In this document: piece after piece, positions 9,502 to 19,515 of the stretch
Position numbering within the stretch: the stretch's first letter is position 1
Layout of the letters: each line of letters begins with the position of its first letter
Origin: Promethearchaeota archaeon
GTDB lineage: Archaea; Asgardarchaeota; Thorarchaeia; Thorarchaeales; Thorarchaeaceae
Assembly (NCBI GenBank): GCA_048939765.1
Contig: JBHLPF010000004.1
Coordinates: 1 to 64,000, forward strand
Length of the DNA stretch: 64,000 bases
Direction of reading: 5' to 3'
The notes under the pieces: model-generated
Databases searched by the model: none
What the model was told of the DNA's origin: nothing
The model's input: the letters and a program-made list of their open reading frames with translations, nothing else
Position numbers and translations under genes: made by a program

Positions 9502-10770
9502 TCACCTTGAAGGAAGTCGCTTCGCTCGTGCATTGCACTCCGCGGCTTTCACCTCATCATCCGCTTCCAAGTAAAGTGATGAGGCGATCTGCCAGGTCCT
9601 TCTGGCCTCCGGCTCTCGACCGAGTTTCTCTAGGCAGAGCGCCCGAAAATAGAGATGTTCTGGATTACCAGGGTCTACAGAGAAGGCAGCATCAAAGTCG
9701 GATAGGGCCTCCTCATACCTTTCTTGATTGAAATATACAATTCCTCTACTGTGTGCAACTTCTGGTCTTTCCGAGGACAAAGCCAGGGCTGTGTTGAAGT
9801 ACTCCAAAGCTGTGGATTCATCACTCATCAACAGCAAGACATTTCCGCTCTTCACCCAAGCATCTATGCATTCAGGATCAGCATTGATTGCCTTTGAATA
9901 TGCATTCAATGCCTCTTTGTAGGATCTCATCATCTTATGGACATCACCCTTTCGTATCCAGAGGCTAGGCTCATCGAACTTCACGGTGACAGCCTTGTCA
10001 TAATAGAAGAGTGCCTGGTTGAAGTCCTTCTCTTTGATAGAAACATCGCCAAGCAAAGCCATTGCATAGGGCTGTTCCGGGTCGACATGAAGCGCTCTTA
10101 CAAGAGCATCCTCAGCCTCTTCCAGCTGGTCATTTTCGTAGTAGATCGATCCCAGCTCCATGTATGCAGGAACGAATGTTTCTTCACTCTCAATCGCTCT
10201 CTTGAACCAAGTTATAGCGCCTTCATTCTTCTCTCTTTTCTTAAAATAGAGTCCCTTGGCCACGAGTGCTCTTGCGAATTTGGAATCCAACATGAGTGCC
10301 TTCTCAATGCTTTTCAGACTCTCTATATAATCGCCCAGCTCTATTTGGGCCAATCCCATGTATGTCAGCGCTCGCATATTCCGCTTGTCAACGGCCAATG
10401 CGCTTCCGAAGCAGCTCACCGCATCACGATATTCACCGATAAGGTAGTATGCCATTCCCATGTGGATCCATGCATTAGGCCGTTTGCTATCGAACCCAAG
10501 ACAGACTTCATAGTCCATTATTGCTTTGCCAAAGTCACCTTCAGAGAGGTGTAGATCGGCAAGTCTGCATAGAACCCCGGGTACGCGTTTGTCTTCTTTC
10601 AAAGCTTCCAGCGCATTCTCAAGAAGGGTCTCCAGCTCTGTAATCGCCTTTCGGTGCCTGGAATGAAGGGCTCTGGGCCGGATGATCTCTGGATCAATCT
10701 CTTCTGGAACACCCACTGCCATGAGTTTTTCCATGATTGATGCGCACAGATCTTCCGACTGTCTAGCCAT
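9502..10770 (-). CDS. Tetratricopeptide repeat protein
   Basis: About 10 consecutive 34-aa TPR units (AW...G..Y...G.Y..A...F..AL..D). Probable ATG at 10770; the ORF is open to 10827. Confidence 0.88.
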   Translation of the reverse strand: MARQSEDLCASIMEKLMAVGVPEEIDPEIIRPRALHSRHRKAITELETLLENALEALKEDKRVPGVLCRLADLHLSEGDFGKAIMDYEVCLGFDSKRPNAWIHMGMAYYLIGEYRDAVSCFGSALAVDKRNMRALTYMGLAQIELGDYIESLKSIEKALMLDSKFARALVAKGLYFKKREKNEGAITWFKRAIESEETFVPAYMELGSIYYENDQLEEAEDALVRALHVDPEQPYAMALLGDVSIKEKDFNQALFYYDKAVTVKFDEPSLWIRKGDVHKMMRSYKEALNAYSKAINADPECIDAWVKSGNVLLLMSDESTALEYFNTALALSSERPEVAHSRGIVYFNQERYEEALSDFDAAFSVDPGNPEHLYFRALCLEKLGREPEARRTWQIASSLYLEADDEVKAAECNARAKRLPSR

Positions 10771-10833
10771 GGCTTCCCCACAGTCCTTTGGGTAAACGAG
10801 CGTTGGGACTCTTATCAACCTATGCAACGGTCT

Positions 10834-11526
10834 CTAGAGCACGTAGACATATGCATTTAGCGCCAGCAGGAATATTGCCAGATAGTAAGTTGGCATGATG
10901 TATAGTTCATGATGCGTTATCTTCTGACGAAAGGCATTGATTCCAATCAACGAGTCTGACAATATGAAGAAGATAGCACCAATGACTGGGATGAATCCGA
11001 GCGGATTGTTCGTTGCTAGCCAGAGTAGGACTGATGTGCTCAATGTGCCTGAGATGAGTAGGAAATAGAATGTTCCTGCACGCAGAATGAGTGGTGGAAC
11101 CTCAGGACCTGCTGACCGGAGAGCCCTCACCAGCATGAAGACATAGACTATCATGACTGCGAAGCATCCGAGTGATACTGCTATCGAAAGAGATGTCAGC
11201 GGGGTGGCTTCAATAGCATGCAAGAGGAAGTCTACATTGAACAGCATATGGGCAATTAGGAACATGCCTATTCCGGGGACTAGGTCGACCTCCATTGCTA
11301 CATCTCCCAGCATACAGAACACAAGTGCAGCGGCTAGCAGTAGATAGAACAGCGTCAGCGATGCTGGCGTGAGCAGGACATATATGATGCTCACCAAAGC
11401 CGGAGCGAGCTTGATCAGTGTGGTCAGCGACACAAGCTTCTTCTCGCCTTCAGCTGACCGGTCTTGGAGTATACTCGAGATTATCGCGATGACCCAGAAT
11501 GCGGGTACATAGATGAGAAGCGACAT
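10834..11526 (-). CDS. YhhN/TMEM86 lysoplasmalogenase-family membrane protein
   Basis: K..P, ALVFCMLGDVAM, G.GMFLIAH, GAIFFILSDSLIG, IMPTYYLA motifs; about 8 TM. Confidence 0.85.
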   Translation of the reverse strand: MSLLIYVPAFWVIAIISSILQDRSAEGEKKLVSLTTLIKLAPALVSIIYVLLTPASLTLFYLLLAAALVFCMLGDVAMEVDLVPGIGMFLIAHMLFNVDFLLHAIEATPLTSLSIAVSLGCFAVMIVYVFMLVRALRSAGPEVPPLILRAGTFYFLLISGTLSTSVLLWLATNNPLGFIPVIGAIFFILSDSLIGINAFRQKITHHELYIMPTYYLAIFLLALNAYVYVL

Positions 11527-11757
11527 ATTCTCTCTCCGAGTTCTTCCGCCCCTTAAGTCTGCTTGATTTTAGCCCAGCCTTAAACGAGTATCTCCCATCC
11601 TTCCTTAAGATAGTACATCCTCTAGCAAGGAAGTCAAAGAGATCTGAGAGTACAACAACCAGACAGGAAGCATCTGTTCCCTTCAGGATTTGGATGCTTC
11701 TAACTCAGTCGAGTCTGATGAGAGCCGTAAAGTCTGCTGCTGGATTGAATGCTGGTC

Positions 11758-14700
11758 TTAAGCTACTATCTTCACTGGCTTCAGGTTCACAATTCTGTGC
11801 TCGCCCTTGACAGAGTCGTACTCTACCATACCTACGAGCTCTCCTGCCGCTCCTGGCTGAAGCTCGAATTCCACCTCGACCACTGACAGGTCACCAGCCT
11901 CCACAGTGCCTGCTGCCACGCTCTGTATCGTGTCGGTGAGGTCAGGGATACCTAGCACCACTTGCACATTTCTCATGGGGTTTGCAGAGTCGTTCCGCAC
12001 AGCTACTCCGAACACCACCTTGCCATCACGTATCTTGTAATCCACAACCACATCCATGCCCGGTTCAAGGCCTGGACTTGCCGGCTCAGCGGCGGTTACA
12101 AAGCCCTCAGGCTTGTATGAGCGTTTCACTCGCCGATAGACCACTACGGCAATCCCCGCAAACAGTATCAGGCCTGCTATTGGGACTACCCAGTGTACCC
12201 TTGGGTCGAAGTCCGCCGAGTCGAGGATGCCATCTTGATCCGAGTCTGCTAGGAGCGGTGAAGTACCGTAGATTGCTACCTCCTCGTAGTCCGTCCATCC
12301 ATCTCCATCTGTGTCCGCATTCAACAAGTCGGTACCATATGTGTTATACTCTGCGCCATCTGCCAAGAGGTCGGAGTCGGTATCATTTGAAAGAGGATTG
12401 CTCCCTAGCACTTCTACCTCGAATCCGTCGAGCAATGAGTCTTGGTCTGTGTCAGCGAGCTTTGGATTTGTCATGTAGAGGAACAATTCTTCGTAGTCCG
12501 TTAAGGTGTCATCATCATCATCCGGGTCTAATGGGTCCGTGAGGTAGACCATCACTTCATCGAAATCTAGGACGGAATCATCATCTGTATCGTTATTTAG
12601 GGGTGAGGTCCTGTACACGAACAGCTCTGCCTCGTCTCCCAACATATCCTGATCTGTATCATTTGAGAGGGGTGAAGTACCATAGATATTGTATTCTTCA
12701 CCATCGAGTAGCGTGTCGAAATCACTGTCCGGGTTCAACGGGTTTGTTCCTACTGTGATTTCTAGCCCGTCATCGATATCGTCGTTGTCTGAGTCAGGAT
12801 CACCAGGGTTAGTCCCGAGAGTTCTCAACTCTTCCAAGTTCCCAAGAGTATCATTGTCGCTGTCATAGAGTGAATCGAGGACTCCATGTGTCATGTTAGT
12901 CGTCGGGTCCGTCAAAGTCAAGACAACCTCTTCCCAATCACTCAATAGATCGAGATCCGTATCATTCGATAGCGGATCAGTTCCGTAGTCCTCTACCTCT
13001 TCTGCATCTTCGAGGAGATCCAGATCTGTGTCTTTGCTCAGAGGATCTGTGAAATAATCCTCCACCTCCTCTCTGTCATCAAGGGAGTCCCGATCCGTAT
13101 CGGCCTTTAGTGGATCAGTGCCCAGCAGAATCTCCTCACCATTTGTGAGACCTTCATCGTCCTCATCGTCATTGTAGTCCGATATGCCATCTCCATCGGA
13201 GTCTCTATTCCTTGGGTCTGTCTTTGTAATGGTGCACTCTTGGTAATTGGTGAGAATGTCTCTGTCTTCGTCATCATCCCCGTCAATCTTACCATCGCTG
13301 TCTGAGTCCTGAACATTTGGATTCGTTAGAGTTAGTGTTAGTTCCTGCTTGTTTGTGAGCTTGTCATTGTCCATGTCCCAGAGGGCATCAGAGACCCCAT
13401 TTCCTTGAGTGCTGAACAATAGAGGGTCGGTGAGCGTCTTGTTGTTCTCTTGAAAGTCTGTGAGTGAATCGCCGTCTGAATCTTTCTTCAGAGGATTGGT
13501 GCCAATCACCACTTCTTGTGCGTCTAGGAGAAGATCAGAGTCACTGTCTTCCTTCAGGGGATCTGTAATGTAGACAAACAGCTCCTGTCCGTCGCTGAGC
13601 GAGTCGTCGTCTGTATCATTGTCAAGGGGATTGGTTTCATACACTTTGATCTCATCGTAGTCATTTGCCATGTCGTTATCCGTATCTGTGTCATTGAGCA
13701 AGGTATGCCAGGTGAGAGCTTCCTCCCCGTCTTGCAAGAGATCTCCGTCTGTATCTTTTCTGTTCGGATTGCTTGAGTATCTGAATATCTCATCCCAATC
13801 GCTGAGCTGATCTTCGTCTGAGTCTATCTCAAAGGGATTCGTTTTGCTGATGAGAACTTCATATCCGTCACCGAGCATATCTCCGTCTGTATCAAAGATC
13901 GTGCAGTTCGTTTCGTACTGGTATATCTCGTCAAAGTTGTTTAGCCCATCTGCGTCTCTGTCATCTAGGTCATCTGGAATCGAATCTCCGTCCGAGTCGC
14001 TGTTATTCGGGTCAGTATAGCTGTTGAAGAGCTCGTCACTGTCAGCGATACGATCTCCGTCGGAGTCTGGATTCAGCGGGTCTGTTTCATAGACGTAGAC
14101 TTCATCGTAATCTGTGAGGGTGTCAAAGTCTGAATCTTCGTTATCAGGCTCAGTCCCATTCTCAATCTCTTCCTTGTCATTGAGCCCATCCCCATCGGCA
14201 TCAGCCACAAGCGGGTCTGTATCATATAGGACCCATTCCTCCCAATCTGTAAGGCCATCCCCGTCTGTATCATTCAGCAGGGGGTCTGTGCCCACAATCT
14301 CGATTTCTCTCTTGTCATCGAGTAGGTCTCTGTCTGAATCTGCTGAATTCGGGTCAGTGCCATAGTCGTTCACTTCAGTGCCGTCGCCTAGCAAATCGCC
14401 GTCGCTGTCCCAATTCATGGGCGAAGTAAGTGACACGTATATCTCATAGTAATCAGATAGTGCATCAGAATCGCTATCGCTGCCCGTTGTGTCTGTCCCA
14501 TAGACCATGTATTCAAGGTAATCGGAAACGCCGTCGTTGTCAGTGTCCTGATCTGTCGGTGATGAGCCTGCAAGATACACCTCAATTCCGTCAGGGAGTT
14601 CATCTCCGTCTGAATCTGGATCTGTTGCGTTTGAATGATAGCCGTTGAGCTCCAGTCCATTGCTCAAGCCGTCTCCATCATTATCTAGGTCATAGTCTGA

Positions 14701-17700
14701 CGTTCCATTCATGTTTGTGCTCCAAAGCGTAGCATCGGTTCCAAGAAGTTCTATCTCAGTATAGTCATCCAATTGATCTCCATCTGAGTCCTGAGCAGTA
14801 GCATTTGTCCCATATCTCACAATCTCATCATAGTCACTGAGGAGATCGCCATCTGAGTCGCTGTCCAGTGGGTCTGACCCATACGTGAGAATCTCCAAGC
14901 CATCACTGATGTTGTCATCATCAGAGTCGAGGTCTCCGGGACTTGTGTCGTAGATATAGACCTCATCACCATTTGATAGCCCGTCCCCATCGGAGTCCAC
15001 AACATAATCGCTGTGTGTGCCATTTGTCATGACTAGGGTGGGATCTGTGAGTGTGACATTGACCTCTATGAAGTCGTCAAGCAGGTCTCCATCTGTGTCA
15101 TTTGAGAGCGGTGAGCTTCCAAAGTCAAACACCTCCTGACCATCAAGTAGCTTGTCATCATCGGTGTCTGCTTTCAGTGGATTTGTGCCATAGTCATATT
15201 CTTCTCCATCCTCGAGTTCGTCCTCATCGGAGTCTGCATTCAACGGGTCGGTTTCCCAGGGATCAACAACGCCGTCTGCATCCACATCTTCGCCCCTCTC
15301 GCCAAGTAGCGGCTCATAGATGCCATTTGGATTGCTGTCATTCCAGCCGTCGTAGAGGCCGTCCTCATCCGAGTCAGGATTCGTTGCATTGAGACCCACC
15401 TGAATCTCGAGGCCATCTCGAATCATATCTCCATCAGTATCCCATAGGGTGACGTTCGTGTCGTACGTCCGGAGCTCCTGCAAGTTGGTCAATCCGTCAT
15501 TGTCCTGGTCATCTTGGCCATCGAGAGTCCCATCATCATCGTCATCATTGTCGTTGGGGTCTGTGTGAGTGTAATTGACCTCTTCGCCATCGGTCAGCTG
15601 GTCATCATCAGTATCTGCATCTAGAGGGTCGCATTTGTACCTGGTGTTGGGATCCGTGGCATTGTACTGGTACTCCAGCAAGTTGATGAGGTCATCACCG
15701 TCAGGGTCTTCCTCCCAGTCATAGATGCCATCGTCATTTGTGTCGTTAGACAGCGGGTCAGTTTGGCTCAGGAACACCTCGAAGTAGTTTGGCAGGGAAT
15801 CTGCGTCACCGTCATAGTCATCATCGCGGATACCGCCATACGTGAAGGCATTAGTTGCACTTGTGTTTGTGACGTACAGCTCTATTCCATTTGGCAGATT
15901 ATCCCCATCAAAGTCCTCGTCATAATCAGATATCGAGTCGTCATCGGTGTCATCATCATTCGGGTCTGTACCTAGTTTAAAGACTTCATCTCCATCCTTG
16001 ACTTTGTCATCGTCAGAATCTGGGTCTCTTGGATGTGTAAAGGTGACATAGAGTTCGTTGTAGTTGTTTATTCCATCGAGGTCGGAGTCCTCCAAGTCGT
16101 CGGTGGTGAGATCTCCATCAGAATCGTTGTTGTTCGGGTTGGTTCTTGTGAAGTAGATTTCCTGTCCATTGGACAGATTGTCACTGTCAAGATCCCAGTC
16201 ATAGTCGTTAACTCCAGGGTTGAACGAGTTGGGGTCAGTGGGGTCAAAGCCCGCACTTAGGTACTTGATCTCATCTGGATCCTTAACACCATCAAAATCA
16301 GTATCAACTAGGGTTGCATTCGTGCCATACTGCAGGATTTCTTTCCCGTCGTCAATCGTATCTCCATCAGTGTCTCGATTATTTGGATCTGTATTGTATG
16401 CTATCTCTGCAGCATCATCAAGCGAGTCAAGATCAGAATCTGCGGAGTTGGGGTCAGTATCATAGATTAGAACTTCATCGCCGTCGGAAAGAGTATCCGC
16501 GTCAGAATCTGGATTCAACGGATCTGTGTTATAGGTATTGATTTCCTCCGCATCATCAAGATCATCAGAGTCTGAGTCTGCCAGATTGACATTTGTCCCA
16601 TAGACAACGTACTCTTCGTAGTCGTTCAGCGTATCATCGTCGGAATCTGCGTCATTGGGCTTCGAACCAACGACTTTGACCTCGTCCCAATCGCTGAGAT
16701 TGTCGTTGTCAGTATCTGTATCGGTTGGCGATGATTTGTATATCTTGACCTCAGCCCCGTCAAGAAGGCCGTCATCGTCGGAATCGGGATCGAGTGGATC
16801 TGCCCCGACTTGAATCTCCTTCCAGTTTGTGAGGTTGTCCGCATCTTGGTCGTCATAGTAGTCAGAGGTGCCATCATTGTCAGAATCGACGTCATTGGGA
16901 TCGGTTTCGGTCAGCCGTACTTCCTGTAGATTGGTGAGGCCATCCCCATCGTTGTCGTCCTGCGCGTCGTTAATGCCATTGTCATTCGAGTCTGCCTCGT
17001 TGGGATCGGTCAGGGTGATGTTGTTCTCCTCATAATCGTCCAATTGATCTAGGTCGCTGTCTGCGGCATTGGGATCGGTCCCGAGATAGATCTCTTGCCA
17101 GTCTGTCAACAGATCGGAGTCGGAGTCTGGATCATTGGGGTCTGTCCCATAGGTGATGACCTCAGCAAAGTCGCTAAGTTTGTCAAAATCAGAGTCCGGC
17201 GCAAGCGGATTCGTTCCATAGTCTAGAACCTCTTCGCCATCATCTAGCTTGTCGAGATCAGAGTCTGGATTGTTGAACTGTGTGCCCTCAATGAGGGTCT
17301 CTCGAGCGTCCGCTAGGCGATCCTTGTCCTGGTCTTGACCATAGCATGCTACCTGACCCACGTTGTTGCCAGCGGCAAATTCATCTTTGCCATTATTGTC
17401 AAGGTCACCGTAGTCCATGGCTCCAGAGAATGCAGGCACTGCGGTGCTAGAGATGAGCTTTCCAGTGGCATTGTACAATGTGAGGGTGCCATTATTACTT
17501 CCCGCAAGGACTTGTTCATTGGCCAGACCACCGACATTCAAGAAATCGATGGCAGAAACCTGTCCGCCAAGGCTCTTGTTCCACAGGAGTGTGCCTGTAT
17601 TGTCTAGGACGCGCAGCTCATTATTTGAGGTGCCAATTGCTATCTCGGCCGTTGCTGCACCAATGATGTCTGCTGCCTCAAGAGCAGTTATCCCACCGGA

Positions 17701-18531
17701 GACCTCCTGTGAGTACTGGAATACCCCAGCTGTGGTATAGACCCAGAGAGTTCCGTTTGCAGCACCAAAAAGGACCTCGTCTTCGCCAGCACCGTCGATG
17801 TTTCCTGTGCCGACGACTCTAATTGGTGATTGTCCGGTAACCTCAAACATGACTCCTCCGCCGTTGTCTAATAGTGAGAATCTGCCCAGCTCCGAACCCG
17901 CGAGGACCTCATCGTTCACGTCAGCGTCGATGTCAGCCGCAGCAACTACGCGTACTTGTCCATTGCTCGAGTAGCTCCAGAGTTCAGTGCCAGACACGTC
18001 ATATGCGTATACTCTATTGTTGTCACAGCCAACCACAATCTCATCCAGAGAGTCGCCGTCCACATCAGCGCCCACGACTGTGCGTGCCGCATTGGGCAAG
18101 GCGACATCAGTGAGAACGTTCTGGCCTGAATCGACGACAAGAATGCCCTTGCTGGTACCAATGAGCAACTCCATCACGCTGCCGGCATTTATGGCGAGAG
18201 AGACCATGGCGTATGGCGTGTCAGTGATGTTCAACCGCCAGAGCAGCGTACTGTCGGAATCATAGAGGTATAGCGTTGCATTCTGTGTGACCACCGCAAC
18301 CTCATCAAGAGGATCCGCATCGAAGTTGTCAACCACGACATCGACTAGTTGGGAACCTGTTGCTTCTGTCCATACCTCCGCGACGTCAAACGGCGTAAGG
18401 TCTGAGAGTGCAGCCGAGCCTCCTCGTTGTAATATCGCTGTAGGTTGCATCGACGGGTTTCCTGCTACCGTCGATAGCCCAGCCAGAATCAACACAAATG
18501 CTAGTGCCAAGAGAATATGTCTGTGTCTCAT
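11758..18531 (-). CDS. Giant type-I membrane surface protein: signal peptide, FG-GAP-like beta-propeller, ~1,700 aa of acidic TSP3-like Ca-binding repeats, TM, cytoplasmic Ig-like domain
   Basis: ATG 18531 overlaps the upstream TGA (ATGA). Signal peptide MRHRHILLALAFVLIL; DxDGDxxDE blades; repeated DSDxDxLxDxxE..xxTxP; TM WVVPIAGLILFAGIAVVVYRR. Confidence 0.85.
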   Translation of the reverse strand: MRHRHILLALAFVLILAGLSTVAGNPSMQPTAILQRGGSAALSDLTPFDVAEVWTEATGSQLVDVVVDNFDADPLDEVAVVTQNATLYLYDSDSTLLWRLNITDTPYAMVSLAINAGSVMELLIGTSKGILVVDSGQNVLTDVALPNAARTVVGADVDGDSLDEIVVGCDNNRVYAYDVSGTELWSYSSNGQVRVVAAADIDADVNDEVLAGSELGRFSLLDNGGGVMFEVTGQSPIRVVGTGNIDGAGEDEVLFGAANGTLWVYTTAGVFQYSQEVSGGITALEAADIIGAATAEIAIGTSNNELRVLDNTGTLLWNKSLGGQVSAIDFLNVGGLANEQVLAGSNNGTLTLYNATGKLISSTAVPAFSGAMDYGDLDNNGKDEFAAGNNVGQVACYGQDQDKDRLADARETLIEGTQFNNPDSDLDKLDDGEEVLDYGTNPLAPDSDFDKLSDFAEVITYGTDPNDPDSDSDLLTDWQEIYLGTDPNAADSDLDQLDDYEENNITLTDPNEADSNDNGINDAQDDNDGDGLTNLQEVRLTETDPNDVDSDNDGTSDYYDDQDADNLTNWKEIQVGADPLDPDSDDDGLLDGAEVKIYKSSPTDTDTDNDNLSDWDEVKVVGSKPNDADSDDDTLNDYEEYVVYGTNVNLADSDSDDLDDAEEINTYNTDPLNPDSDADTLSDGDEVLIYDTDPNSADSDLDSLDDAAEIAYNTDPNNRDTDGDTIDDGKEILQYGTNATLVDTDFDGVKDPDEIKYLSAGFDPTDPNSFNPGVNDYDWDLDSDNLSNGQEIYFTRTNPNNNDSDGDLTTDDLEDSDLDGINNYNELYVTFTHPRDPDSDDDKVKDGDEVFKLGTDPNDDDTDDDSISDYDEDFDGDNLPNGIELYVTNTSATNAFTYGGIRDDDYDGDADSLPNYFEVFLSQTDPLSNDTNDDGIYDWEEDPDGDDLINLLEYQYNATDPNTRYKCDPLDADTDDDQLTDGEEVNYTHTDPNDNDDDDDGTLDGQDDQDNDGLTNLQELRTYDTNVTLWDTDGDMIRDGLEIQVGLNATNPDSDEDGLYDGWNDSNPNGIYEPLLGERGEDVDADGVVDPWETDPLNADSDEDELEDGEEYDYGTNPLKADTDDDKLLDGQEVFDFGSSPLSNDTDGDLLDDFIEVNVTLTDPTLVMTNGTHSDYVVDSDGDGLSNGDEVYIYDTSPGDLDSDDDNISDGLEILTYGSDPLDSDSDGDLLSDYDEIVRYGTNATAQDSDGDQLDDYTEIELLGTDATLWSTNMNGTSDYDLDNDGDGLSNGLELNGYHSNATDPDSDGDELPDGIEVYLAGSSPTDQDTDNDGVSDYLEYMVYGTDTTGSDSDSDALSDYYEIYVSLTSPMNWDSDGDLLGDGTEVNDYGTDPNSADSDRDLLDDKREIEIVGTDPLLNDTDGDGLTDWEEWVLYDTDPLVADADGDGLNDKEEIENGTEPDNEDSDFDTLTDYDEVYVYETDPLNPDSDGDRIADSDELFNSYTDPNNSDSDGDSIPDDLDDRDADGLNNFDEIYQYETNCTIFDTDGDMLGDGYEVLISKTNPFEIDSDEDQLSDWDEIFRYSSNPNRKDTDGDLLQDGEEALTWHTLLNDTDTDNDMANDYDEIKVYETNPLDNDTDDDSLSDGQELFVYITDPLKEDSDSDLLLDAQEVVIGTNPLKKDSDGDSLTDFQENNKTLTDPLLFSTQGNGVSDALWDMDNDKLTNKQELTLTLTNPNVQDSDSDGKIDGDDDEDRDILTNYQECTITKTDPRNRDSDGDGISDYNDDEDDEGLTNGEEILLGTDPLKADTDRDSLDDREEVEDYFTDPLSKDTDLDLLEDAEEVEDYGTDPLSNDTDLDLLSDWEEVVLTLTDPTTNMTHGVLDSLYDSDNDTLGNLEELRTLGTNPGDPDSDNDDIDDGLEITVGTNPLNPDSDFDTLLDGEEYNIYGTSPLSNDTDQDMLGDEAELFVYRTSPLNNDTDDDSVLDFDEVMVYLTDPLDPDDDDDTLTDYEELFLYMTNPKLADTDQDSLLDGFEVEVLGSNPLSNDTDSDLLADGAEYNTYGTDLLNADTDGDGWTDYEEVAIYGTSPLLADSDQDGILDSADFDPRVHWVVPIAGLILFAGIAVVVYRRVKRSYKPEGFVTAAEPASPGLEPGMDVVVDYKIRDGKVVFGVAVRNDSANPMRNVQVVLGIPDLTDTIQSVAAGTVEAGDLSVVEVEFELQPGAAGELVGMVEYDSVKGEHRIVNLKPVKIVA
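12200..17340 (-). repeat. Degenerate protein-level tandem repeat (~22-24 aa, roughly 70 units)
   Basis: Recurrent D[ST]DxDxLxDxxExxxxxT[DN]Pxxx units; the nucleotide copies are diverged. Confidence 0.85.
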
Positions 18532-19514
18532 GTTACACTCTCTCCTGTCTTTGTCTTCCAAGGTTTGACCTGGAAATAATCGAAGAAGTCCGCCTCTACG
18601 ACAGATATCTCTTCGAAGGGAACCTTCCTCTGATTCATCACTTTGATCAGCGGAAGTATCTGGTCACTCGGATTGTCGATGAACAGCTTCATGGCGTTTC
18701 TACCAGCCATGGCTGTGTATTGTACACCCGGTGCAGTCGCCAACCGATCTACAACTGTCGGCGAAAGCGAGGGCAATACAACTCTGATGCTCTCTCCCTT
18801 TCCTGGGAGGGTAGAAATGAGCTCCTCGGGCGTGCCAAACTGGCTTACAAGTCCATCTTCAAGCAGACACACTCGAGTGCAGTAGTCGACAATCTCAAGG
18901 TCGTGTGAGATAATCACCATAGTTGTACCCAGCTCGAAGTTGAGCTGCTTCAGGTAGTTCAGGGTTTCATGTCTTAGGTGTGCGTCGAGACCTGTTGTGG
19001 GCTCGTCGAGCAACAGCACTGGAGGTGCATGAATCATGCCAAGGCATATCGAAACCCGTTTTCTCTCGCCACCTGATAGACGTTTTACAGCCTTGGTCAT
19101 CAATTCCTCGTCAAATCCGAGGATCTCCAGAATATTGCGTGCACGTGCCTCAATCTCCTTAGGCCTCATGCCAAAGCATCTACCAAAGAACTCCGCATTC
19201 TGTAATGCGTTGAAATCATAATATAGGCTCAGATGCTCCAACTGTGGCACATATCCTACTAGGAGGCTGATGAGTTTCTCCTGTCTTGTGACATCATATC
19301 CTCCCACGTATGCCATTCCATCTGTCGGGCTGATCTGGCCAGTCAGCACCCGAAGGACTGTCGTCTTCCCTGCTCCCGAGGCTCCAATGATGCCGAGAAA
19401 CTCCTTCTTGTTAGCAAAGAATGATACGCCCTTAAGTGCGTAGAAATCTCCAAAGGCTACTTTGAGGTCCTGGATGTCAATTTCCTTCTCCGGAAGTGGC
19501 GATTCTTCTGACAT
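18528..19514 (-). CDS. ABC transporter ATP-binding protein (ABC-2/DrrA type)
   Basis: GASGAGKTT, LSGGERKR, LLLDEPT, SH loop. SD GGAGGTG precedes ATG 19514. Confidence 0.92.
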   Translation of the reverse strand: MSEESPLPEKEIDIQDLKVAFGDFYALKGVSFFANKKEFLGIIGASGAGKTTVLRVLTGQISPTDGMAYVGGYDVTRQEKLISLLVGYVPQLEHLSLYYDFNALQNAEFFGRCFGMRPKEIEARARNILEILGFDEELMTKAVKRLSGGERKRVSICLGMIHAPPVLLLDEPTTGLDAHLRHETLNYLKQLNFELGTTMVIISHDLEIVDYCTRVCLLEDGLVSQFGTPEELISTLPGKGESIRVVLPSLSPTVVDRLATAPGVQYTAMAGRNAMKLFIDNPSDQILPLIKVMNQRKVPFEEISVVEADFFDYFQVKPWKTKTGESVT

Positions 19515-19515
19515 C

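Noticed and set aside
12200-17340. Possible CRISPR or DNA tandem-repeat array
   Set aside because: The repetition exists only at protein level within one ORF; there are no identical nucleotide repeats with spacers.
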